Source: Clostridia bacterium (lineage in GTDB: Bacteria; Bacillota; Clostridia; UMGS1810). From it: a DNA stretch of 32,000 nucleotides. The stretch lies in the NCBI GenBank assembly GCA_017397885.1, contig JAFQHQ010000199.1:8603-40602 (forward strand). Direction: 5' to 3'. The position numbers and the translations under genes are program-made. Shown one piece after another: positions 8,542-15,352 of this stretch (position 1 is the first letter of the stretch; each line of letters starts with the position of its first letter). Below the pieces are notes generated by a model. The model was given only the letters and a program-made list of their open reading frames with translations, was not told where the DNA came from and made no database searches.

Positions 8542-8611
8542 ACCCTCGTCGCGAGCATAGTTTCACATTCATCTCATCTCGCGAGCGAAATTCGACATAA
8601 ATTCCTATAAA

Positions 8612-8657
8612 ATAAAAAGGGAATGTAAATTAATTTGCTGAATTAATTTACTTTCCC
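8612..8657 (-). terminator. Rho-independent terminator immediately after the zinc-ribbon triad
   Basis: 17 bp AT-rich stem with 1 mismatch (8619-8635 / 8641-8657), a 5 nt loop, then a T5-containing tract on the minus strand (8618-8612). It starts 10 nt after the stop codon of the 8668 gene. Confidence 0.7.
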
Positions 8658-8667
8658 TTTTACTATA

Positions 8668-9273
8668 TTATACAAAGAAAAGCATTACATTGAGAAACAG
8701 TGATAACGCAAACACACCAAGCGAAATAAATGCCGTTATCTTTCCTGCCAAAGCCATACCTCTCAATCTTGAAACGGGCTTACTTGACATGACAATACCC
8801 ACAATTGTGACAGGTAACATGAAGGCTGCCACAACAAGCATTGATATGGCTATCGGAACAGCTTCATATGCATAAGAAACTGTTGAAAGAAAAGCTGCAA
8901 CATAAAGAAGATGATAACCGGAGAGAATGAGACCCAAAATGCCGAAAACCATTCCTACTATTGCTGTGGCTTTTCCGGTCGCAGGTGCCGCTGAAGATGC
9001 AGGGATGATGTGCGATGTAACCTGAGGATGGTATACCGGGGAAGCATCGCTGCAAGATTCGAATGTCTCAACAAAAGTTGCCGCAGGTGTTGAACTAACG
9101 GGAACCTCCGTTTTTTCGGGCAAAGGCTCGGGTGCAGCAAAAGCTTCTGCATTATCAACAGGGACAACAGGTTCACTTACTTCCTCCACAACTTCCGAAA
9201 GTTTTTCACCGCAATTGGGGCAAAAATTGAATTTTTCTTCGTATGTATTTTTACAGTTATCACAAATATACAT
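8668..9273 (-). CDS. Zinc-ribbon plus 3-TM membrane protein, paralogue 1 (DUF4190-like C-terminal region)
   Basis: N-terminal 'MYICDNCKNTYEEKFNFCPNCG' (CxxC...CxxC), an approximately 85 aa P/A/S/E-rich linker, then hydrophobic segments with 'ATAIVGMVFGILGLIL' and 'RLRGMALAGKITAFISLG'. GGAGG lies 7 nt upstream of the ATG. Confidence 0.8.
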   Translation of the reverse strand: MYICDNCKNTYEEKFNFCPNCGEKLSEVVEEVSEPVVPVDNAEAFAAPEPLPEKTEVPVSSTPAATFVETFESCSDASPVYHPQVTSHIIPASSAAPATGKATAIVGMVFGILGLILSGYHLLYVAAFLSTVSYAYEAVPIAISMLVVAAFMLPVTIVGIVMSSKPVSRLRGMALAGKITAFISLGVFALSLFLNVMLFFV

Positions 9274-9302
9274 TTGTATTCCTCCTATGTATCATCAAAA
9301 TC

Positions 9303-9923
9303 TTACAGTCCAAGATAAATGATGAATGCAATTGCATAAACAGCCACCGCAATGAAGCCTGTGATTTTGCCTGCAAGAGCCATGCCACGGCCGTTTTTAG
9401 CTATGAACGAAAGTATGAGTCCGATGATGAGGAAGGGAAGTATGAGGATTGAAAAAACAACCATGAAAACATTTCCGACCGTGTCTACAGCCTCATCTGC
9501 GCTCATGTTAATGTCATCATAGTCATCGTAATCGTAATCATAATCATAATCATCATAATCATGATAACCATTATAGCTGTAATCTTCATCGTAAGTTAAA
9601 GACTCCACAGTGCTTACGCTGATAGATCTCGAGTCAACCTCATCAGCAACCTCAGAGCCGATTGACGTTGCAATCATGCAAATCAACATTACAAATGCGC
9701 AAATAAGTGCCCATATGCCGAAAATCATTCCCATAATAGCAGGTGCTTTACTGCGTTTTGGTTCAAGAGTATCTGCATATACAGGCGCCGAATACGAAGG
9801 TGCACTGTATTCTTTGAATTCCGGTTCGGGAGCGGATGCATGCTCCACAACTTCGCCTCCGCACTGTGAGCAGAACTTTGCGGGAGTTGAATAAGTTTGA
9901 TTACACTTTGTACAAATATACAT
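9303..9923 (-). CDS. Zinc-ribbon plus 3-TM membrane protein, paralogue 2 (with a Asp/Tyr-repeat loop)
   Basis: Start trimmed to 'MYICTKCNQTYSTPAKFCSQCGG' (ATG 9923-9921, GGAGGA upstream). Shares 'APAIMGMIFGIWALI' and 'NGRGMALAGKITGFIA' with its neighbours. The loop between TM1 and TM2 contains YDEDYSYNGYHDYDDYDYDYDYDDYDD. Confidence 0.8.
   Translation of the reverse strand: MYICTKCNQTYSTPAKFCSQCGGEVVEHASAPEPEFKEYSAPSYSAPVYADTLEPKRSKAPAIMGMIFGIWALICAFVMLICMIATSIGSEVADEVDSRSISVSTVESLTYDEDYSYNGYHDYDDYDYDYDYDDYDDINMSADEAVDTVGNVFMVVFSILILPFLIIGLILSFIAKNGRGMALAGKITGFIAVAVYAIAFIIYLGL
9514..9598 (-). repeat. Imperfect tri/hexanucleotide coding repeat (GAT/GAC-TAT/TAC)n encoding the DY-rich loop
   Basis: The plus strand reads ...gtcatcatagtcatcgtaatcgtaatcataatcataatcatcataatcatgataacc... 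Tandem atcgta/atcata units are visible directly. Confidence 0.8.
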
Positions 9924-9951
9924 TTTTATTTCCTCCAAAAAATAATATAAA

Positions 9952-10410
9952 CTATGCTACCATAGCAATAAACCATGTTAAAAGGTTAATTCCCATAGAT
10001 ATGAAGCTTGTTATTTTGCCCGCAACAGCCATTCCACGACCGGCTTTGGCTTTTGAAGCCAAAACAATACCCATGACAATTGCCGGAACAATCAACGCCG
10101 TCACCACCATGAGAGACGGAATTGCATCCGAAAAATCATATAAATAAGAGTCTGACATGTCAACAATTGCAACAAACAAAATAAATGACAACATCACGCT
10201 TGAAATCCCCAAAATCATGCTTACGATTGCAGGGGCAACACTTCCTGTCGGAGAAGTTGACACACCATGCTGTGTACCATATACAGATGCAGAAAAATCA
10301 TTAAATGAATTTTGTGTTACAGATGACTTTTCCACTACCACCCCGCCACACTGTGCGCAAAACTTTGCAGGGGTTGAATAAGATTGATTACATTTTGTAC
10401 AAATATACAT
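9952..10410 (-). CDS. Zinc-ribbon plus 3-TM membrane protein, paralogue 3 (shortest)
   Basis: Start trimmed to 'MYICTKCNQSYSTPAKFCAQCGG' (ATG 10410-10408, AGGAGG 7 nt upstream). Shares 'APAIVSMILGISSVML' and 'AGRGMAVAGKITSFIS'. The upstream 41 codons of the ORF-track call cover the promoter region. Confidence 0.8.
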   Translation of the reverse strand: MYICTKCNQSYSTPAKFCAQCGGVVVEKSSVTQNSFNDFSASVYGTQHGVSTSPTGSVAPAIVSMILGISSVMLSFILFVAIVDMSDSYLYDFSDAIPSLMVVTALIVPAIVMGIVLASKAKAGRGMAVAGKITSFISMGINLLTWFIAMVA

Positions 10411-10445
10411 AATAAACCTCCTGTTATAAAATTTTATACACAAAA

Positions 10446-10474
10446 AGTATATCACACATTGCCAATTATGGCAA
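10446..10474 (-). promoter_or_regulatory. sigma-A type promoter candidate for the zinc-ribbon triad
   Basis: On the minus strand: TTGCCA (10474-10469), a 17 nt spacer containing TGTGA, then TATACT (10451-10446). The -35 element is one arm of the inverted repeat TTGCCA-N4-TGGCAA (10459-10474). Confidence 0.5.
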
Positions 10475-10516
10475 GGAGTTTTTGTGAAAAAATATCGGAT
10501 AATCTTAATCTCGACA

Positions 10517-11212
10517 TCAAAGGCTAACCACATGCATTATGAATTCTTCAGTTTCGCACTTAATCTTTTCAAACTCTTCCGAAAAAGCATCCACAGCAAA
10601 AAAATCGGTTATTCCTGTGCCTATACACTTAAAATATGCCTCTTTCACCGTCCATATTTCAACAAATCTGCGTGCCTCATCACAGCTTAAATCAAGAGAA
10701 AAATCTTTTTCGAAAGGTTTTTTGCCAAAAACATATTCCATTTCTTTGGGCAAGCAAACCCGCTTTGCAAGATTTGAAGGAAAGCTGCGGATTTTTTCGA
10801 TGTCTATTCCGACTCTTTTGTCCGAAACAGCAACAGCAACCGTGTCTGCACTGTGACTGATATTAAAAAACCAATGTAGATTTTGCGAAAGATGAAGCTT
10901 TCCCTTTTCGTCCGCAACAATTGTAAACTTTTCGGGATCGGACGAGGTTAATTTGCCGAGAAGCTCCCGAACCATCCATTCACCGGCAAGAGTACATTTT
11001 TTTTGAACTTCGCCTCTGAACCGTTTTACCCGTGCTTTGCGCTCATCACACATGGCAAAAAAACTTTTTTTGTATGTTTCATCGGAAAAATCCGAAATAT
11101 TCTTCACTGCATAATATATGTTGCAATCAATCTTTTCAAGATACATATGCACGGCATCACCTTTTGAGAAAACGCCTGCAACGCACTTTTTTTCATCTGC
11201 ATAATCCGACAT
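10517..11212 (-). CDS. Sfp-type 4'-phosphopantetheinyl transferase
   Basis: 'FNISHSADTVAVAV', 'VGIDIEKI' and 'WTVKEAYFKCIG' are the three PPTase signature motifs. Start trimmed to ATG 11212-11210, with AAGGAGGG 5 nt upstream. Confidence 0.85.
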   Translation of the reverse strand: MSDYADEKKCVAGVFSKGDAVHMYLEKIDCNIYYAVKNISDFSDETYKKSFFAMCDERKARVKRFRGEVQKKCTLAGEWMVRELLGKLTSSDPEKFTIVADEKGKLHLSQNLHWFFNISHSADTVAVAVSDKRVGIDIEKIRSFPSNLAKRVCLPKEMEYVFGKKPFEKDFSLDLSCDEARRFVEIWTVKEAYFKCIGTGITDFFAVDAFSEEFEKIKCETEEFIMHVVSL

Positions 11213-11272
11213 GTTTTCCCTCCTTTCGCAATATAGTATTGCAATTGACATTTTTATATGGTAAAATATATA

Positions 11273-12271
11273 TTATGTGTTTGGCTCTTTTGTGCAAAAA
11301 AATTCAACAAGAGTGTCAACATATTCTTTAAGCAGTGCATCGTTTACCGTGTACAGGCAATGCTTTGCACCACGAAATACTTTGTATTCGCACTTTAAAA
11401 GCTTTGCAAGCTTTTTTTGCGGTTTAACTTTTACGGAATTATCTTTTTCGGCACTGATTATAAGAACCTTTGCACCGATGTTTTTCATCCTGTTTTTACA
11501 TAGCAGTTTTTCAATCACGGTTATTGCTTCGTAATTCCAACGGTTTGTGCCGTATGAGTTTTGATAATTCGCATTTTTAATTCGCAAATCAAGATTATAT
11601 TTAAATCGGTTCTCACTGATGTCATTGCTTTGTTCAAGCTTTGCATTGGGGTTAAAATCCGACGTGAACTTAAATCTTGCATTCCAGCCGTTTTTCCGTG
11701 CTTCACCCTTCATAAGTTTTTTCAAAACAAATCTGGGAAATGGCGGAGTTTTCGGATAAACCATCGGCGAAGAAAGAACGGCTTTCTTAATCTTATTTTT
11801 GAAATTTGAAAGATAAAGCCCGGCAATTGCACCGCCCATGGAATGAGAATAAATATACACGGGAGCATTTTCGCAGTTTGGCTCAACAACCTGATTTATA
11901 AAACAATCCAGATCACGGGCATAATCTTCAAAGCTGTCCGCATGAGTTATTTGCGTGTTTTTGCTGTAGCGATGTGAGTTTCCGTGACAACGCACATCAT
12001 AGAGAAAAACATTGTAGCCCATGAGCATGAAATACCACGAAAGCTCATAATACTTTTTGGTAAACTCGGTGTAGCCGTGAATGACAACAATGTTGGCAAT
12101 GGGGTTTTCCACCTTAAAAAACTCATAGTACATCCGTGTTTTGTCAAAAGAAGTGAAGAAACCGCTTTGAACATAACTCTTGAGAGTTTTATTAAGTTCA
12201 TCCATTTTCTCAAAATATTCGGTTTCGTTGATGATTTCGTATTTGTATTCAGGTTTAAATAACACAGCCAA
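11273..12271 (-). CDS. Alpha/beta hydrolase, lysophospholipase / monoacylglycerol-lipase-like
   Basis: 'VVIHGYTEFTKKYYELSWYFMLMGYNVFLYDVRCHGNS' plus the nucleophile elbow 'YSHSMGG', a pattern typical of PldB/MGL-like (COG2267-type) hydrolases. The start is either TTG at 12271 or GTG at 12265, behind AAAGGAG. Confidence 0.65.
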   Translation of the reverse strand: MAVLFKPEYKYEIINETEYFEKMDELNKTLKSYVQSGFFTSFDKTRMYYEFFKVENPIANIVVIHGYTEFTKKYYELSWYFMLMGYNVFLYDVRCHGNSHRYSKNTQITHADSFEDYARDLDCFINQVVEPNCENAPVYIYSHSMGGAIAGLYLSNFKNKIKKAVLSSPMVYPKTPPFPRFVLKKLMKGEARKNGWNARFKFTSDFNPNAKLEQSNDISENRFKYNLDLRIKNANYQNSYGTNRWNYEAITVIEKLLCKNRMKNIGAKVLIISAEKDNSVKVKPQKKLAKLLKCEYKVFRGAKHCLYTVNDALLKEYVDTLVEFFCTKEPNT

Positions 12272-12312
12272 ATAGCTCCTTTAGTATAAAATTGGTAACA
12301 GAGGTGATAATA

Positions 12313-13269
12313 GTGGTATCTTCGAAGAAGAAATTGATGAAAAAGATATTAAAAGGTATTGCCATAACTATTATTATCTATATTACCCTGTCACTTGTAT
12401 CTACAAAAATAATTTATGATTCGGTTTTTCGCCACTACAGTGCAAAAGAACCCCAAAGTATTATATCCGAAAATGCACAAATGATGAAAATGCGAAAACA
12501 GTTTTCATACCCTTGTGAAAACGGCTCTCTTACAGGTCACCTTTACTATGCACCCCAATGCAAACAAGGTCTGATTGTGCTTGTGCCGGGTTTTCGTGCC
12601 GAAAGCATAGAATATGAAGGTGTGATAAACGCCCTTACAAACAAGGGCTTTGATGTTTTTGCTTTCAATCCCACCGGTCACGGCAAAGGCTCAAAGGGCA
12701 GCTCTGTGGGATATGCACAAATAATAAAAGATGTAAACTCAACGCTGAATTTTATTGACAAAAGCGAAATGTTTTTGTATGATAATATTTATCTTTTGGG
12801 TCACAGCCGCGGGGGCTACGGTATTTGCTGTGCCATGAACGGTCATGGGAGCATTGATGCCGCAGTTTGCATAAATTCGACCGACACATCAATGGATGCC
12901 ATTATGGCATATTCAACCGAATATGCAGGAAATGCCGCCTATGCCAATTATCCGTTTTTGAGCATGTATGAAAGTATTCTTTTCGGTTCGGATTTGTCTT
13001 CAAGTTCAGCAGTCAGACATATAAACAAATCGGACATTCCGATTTTTGTTATTCAAGCCCAAAATGATGAACACATCTCAAAAGACAAATATTCGCTGTA
13101 TTCAAAAATGGATGAGATAACCTCGAAAAAAGCCGAATTTTTGCTGTATAACAAAAACGGAAGCGACGGACACACATCCATCCTTTATGATAAAAACCGC
13201 ATTGCCAACCAAGACATAATTGACACCATAGTTTCATTCTACGAAAAATATTCAAACGAAAAGGAGTGA
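12313..13269 (+). CDS. Membrane-anchored alpha/beta hydrolase
   Basis: N-terminal K-rich segment and TM helix (KKILKGIAITIIIYITLSLV), nucleophile elbow 'LLGHSRGG', and a late 'NDEHI'/'DGHTS' Asp/His region. The start is uncertain: GTG 12313 lies behind AGAGGTG, ATG 12337 is also possible, and the ORF track gives TTG 12292. Confidence 0.65.
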   Translation: MVSSKKKLMKKILKGIAITIIIYITLSLVSTKIIYDSVFRHYSAKEPQSIISENAQMMKMRKQFSYPCENGSLTGHLYYAPQCKQGLIVLVPGFRAESIEYEGVINALTNKGFDVFAFNPTGHGKGSKGSSVGYAQIIKDVNSTLNFIDKSEMFLYDNIYLLGHSRGGYGICCAMNGHGSIDAAVCINSTDTSMDAIMAYSTEYAGNAAYANYPFLSMYESILFGSDLSSSSAVRHINKSDIPIFVIQAQNDEHISKDKYSLYSKMDEITSKKAEFLLYNKNGSDGHTSILYDKNRIANQDIIDTIVSFYEKYSNEKE

Positions 13270-13273
13270 TGAA

Positions 13274-14311
13274 ATGAAAAATATGGTAATTATTCCTGCA
13301 TATAAACCAAATAAAGAACTCATCACTCTTGTGGAAGAGCTTCATGGTGAGGGGGTCGGAATTGTTGTTGTAGATGACGGAAGCGGTCCGGAATATGGCA
13401 GCATTTTCGAAGCCATAACCGAAAAAGCAAAAATTGTTACCATTGTGTGCAATGCAGGGAAAGGCACCGCCCTCAAAACAGGCATGCAAACCCTCATAAA
13501 CGAATTTCCGGACTGCGAAAACTTTGTTACGGCAGACGCTGACGGTCAGCACAAAACAGCCGACATTATGCGTGTTTTCAACGAACTTGAAAGAGGTGCC
13601 GAATTTGTTTTGACAGTGCGAAAGTTCAGAGATAACATGCCTTTCAGATCGAAATTCGGAAACGCACTTTCAAGATGGATTTACACAATTTTAAACGGAC
13701 ACTATCTTGTTGACAATCAATCGGGGCTTCGCGGTTTTTTGTCAAAACACCTTAAATGGCTCGTAAAAGTGGGCGGATACAAATATGATTACGAAATGAA
13801 TGTGCTATATTATGCCGACAAGCAAGGCGTTCAGATTACCACCATACCAATTGAAGCCATATACATAGACAACAATTCGTCATCTCACTTTAATCCCGTA
13901 AAAGATACCTTCCGCATATATACACGTCTCTTTTACAGTGCAAGAATTACATTTGCCGCGTGGCTTCTCATTGAGCAGATGCTGATTTATGTTTCTGTTG
14001 TGTGGGGATATATCAATATGTACATAACCATTCCGACAATCGGCGCAACCGGGGTTGCATTCACCATAACACTAAACAAGTTTGTTGTGTTTAGAGGCTA
14101 CGCTTACAAAGATTTTTTGCGAACCATCATATACACTGTTTTAAGGTATTCGGTCTATACAATAGGATTAACCATATTCAAATTTAATCTGCCGTGGGTT
14201 CCGCTGTTTTTCTCGTTCAATCTCATTGTCATATTGATGATTCCGGCAGAATACTTCGTGCATAAGTTTTTGTATTTGTCAAAGTATAATGATATAATTA
14301 AAGATCGATGA
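13274..14311 (+). CDS. Family 2 glycosyltransferase with a C-terminal GtrA-like multi-TM region
   Basis: 'VIIPAYKPNKELITLVEEL...VVVDDGSG...TADADGQH' is a GT2 (GT-A fold, DxD) pattern. The C-terminal approximately 120 aa holds 4 hydrophobic helices including 'TLNKFVVFRG' (GtrA-like). AAGGAG RBS. The start is 4 nt after the previous gene. Confidence 0.75.
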   Translation: MKNMVIIPAYKPNKELITLVEELHGEGVGIVVVDDGSGPEYGSIFEAITEKAKIVTIVCNAGKGTALKTGMQTLINEFPDCENFVTADADGQHKTADIMRVFNELERGAEFVLTVRKFRDNMPFRSKFGNALSRWIYTILNGHYLVDNQSGLRGFLSKHLKWLVKVGGYKYDYEMNVLYYADKQGVQITTIPIEAIYIDNNSSSHFNPVKDTFRIYTRLFYSARITFAAWLLIEQMLIYVSVVWGYINMYITIPTIGATGVAFTITLNKFVVFRGYAYKDFLRTIIYTVLRYSVYTIGLTIFKFNLPWVPLFFSFNLIVILMIPAEYFVHKFLYLSKYNDIIKDR

Positions 14312-14331
14312 CAAAAAATTTATTAACTATT

Positions 14332-14355
14332 AAAGGGGCTCAAAAGCCCCTTTTT
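14332..14355. terminator. Bidirectional rho-independent terminator
   Basis: AAA, then GGGGCT, a CAAA loop, AGCCCC, then T5. It lies between the convergent GT2 (+) and plsX (-) genes. Confidence 0.7.
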
Positions 14356-14362
14356 GTTATAT

Positions 14363-15337
14363 TTAACAAAGTGCATTATGAATACGGTTGGAAAGATCGC
14401 CACTATCAAGAGTGAGTGCCAATTTTACACATTCATAAGCAGTTTTTTCATTGGCACACCCGTGCATTTTTACCACGGGTTTTTTTGCGCCCAAAAAAGT
14501 TGCACCTCCAAGATCGTTAAAGGCAAACATGGAGTGAAGAGCATTTTTCAGCTTGTCGTGAACCTCTGTTCCCGAGGCAAGCTCATCAACAATTTCGATT
14601 GCCGCCATGCCGGCAGCCTCGGTATTTTTAAGAAGCACATTTCCGGTAAATCCGTCGGTAACAACAACATCTGCCGGAGAATTCACAAGATGAGTGCCTT
14701 CGATATTTCCGATAAAATTTATGGGAAGCTTTTCGATGAGAGCATATGCCTCTTTTACAAGTGCGTTTCCCTTGTGAGGGGACTGACCTACCGACATCAA
14801 TGCCACCTTTGGTGACTCAATCCCCGCAAGACTTTGCATATAGGCATTGCCCATCAGCGCAAAATTTTTGAGGTCTTCACTTTTGCAATCGGTGTTTGCA
14901 CCGCAATCCACAAGACACACAAGTCCGTCTTTTTTACACGGAATTGCAGTTGCCAAAACAGGCGACATCAGCCCCTTAACCAATCCAAGTCTGCATATTG
15001 TACCCACAAGGAGTGCCCCTGTGTTGCCTGCGCAAATCATTGCACATGCATCAACATCATCTCTGAGCTTTTCAAGAGACATAACCATTGACGTGTCGTC
15101 TCCGCCTCTGAAAACGCAGGTGGGAAGATCGGAATCCGCAACAAAACTCTTTGTATGAAGAATCTCTATGCGGTCAAAACCAAAGCCCCGACTGCAAACA
15201 ATTTTTTCGATTTCGGATTTATCTCCCGCAAAAACAACCGAAAAATCATCCCTTTCAGCCATAGCATTCAAAACTCCGCAAACTATTGGGAAACAGCCAT
15301 TGTCCGACCCAAGAGTGTCCACAATCAACTTTTTCAT
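14363..15337 (-). CDS. plsX: Phosphate acyltransferase PlsX (acyl-ACP:phosphate transacylase)
   Basis: Collinear with canonical PlsX: 'CAGNTGAL', 'VDCGAN', 'NFIGNIEG', 'DVVVTDGFTGNVLLK' and 'KMHG'. The N-terminal motif is 'DTLGSDNG' instead of the usual 'DAMGGDxAP'. Confidence 0.85.
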   Translation of the reverse strand: MKKLIVDTLGSDNGCFPIVCGVLNAMAERDDFSVVFAGDKSEIEKIVCSRGFGFDRIEILHTKSFVADSDLPTCVFRGGDDTSMVMSLEKLRDDVDACAMICAGNTGALLVGTICRLGLVKGLMSPVLATAIPCKKDGLVCLVDCGANTDCKSEDLKNFALMGNAYMQSLAGIESPKVALMSVGQSPHKGNALVKEAYALIEKLPINFIGNIEGTHLVNSPADVVVTDGFTGNVLLKNTEAAGMAAIEIVDELASGTEVHDKLKNALHSMFAFNDLGGATFLGAKKPVVKMHGCANEKTAYECVKLALTLDSGDLSNRIHNALC

Positions 15338-15352
15338 AAAACCATCTTTCTG

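Noticed and set aside
8545-8595. TCGCGAG ... CTCGCGA inverted repeat between the two terminators, considered as a riboswitch or attenuator
   Set aside because: The stem is only 7 bp with an approximately 24 nt loop and no adjacent U-tract. That is too little structure to call anything. It is mentioned only in the tandem-terminator finding.
9514-9598. Short tandem DNA repeats considered as a possible CRISPR or minisatellite
   Set aside because: The units are 3-6 nt with no spacers, and they lie in frame inside a CDS encoding a DY repeat. This is not a CRISPR array.
10411-10533. 41-codon N-terminal extension of the third zinc-ribbon gene, which overlaps the PPTase 3' end
   Set aside because: All three paralogues align from MYIC..C. 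An AGGAGG site sits 7 nt before the internal ATG at 10410. The extension covers the predicted promoter. Similar trimming was applied to 9924-9938, 5185-5208, 11213-11251 and 4512-4541.
13049-13552. 167 aa minus-strand ORF spanning the hydrolase/GT2 junction
   Set aside because: It is antisense to two motif-supported + strand genes that are coupled by a 4 nt gap and an AAGGAG RBS.
14354-14815. 153 aa + strand ORF
   Set aside because: It is antisense to plsX, which is collinear with canonical PlsX. It starts inside the terminator hairpin and has no RBS.
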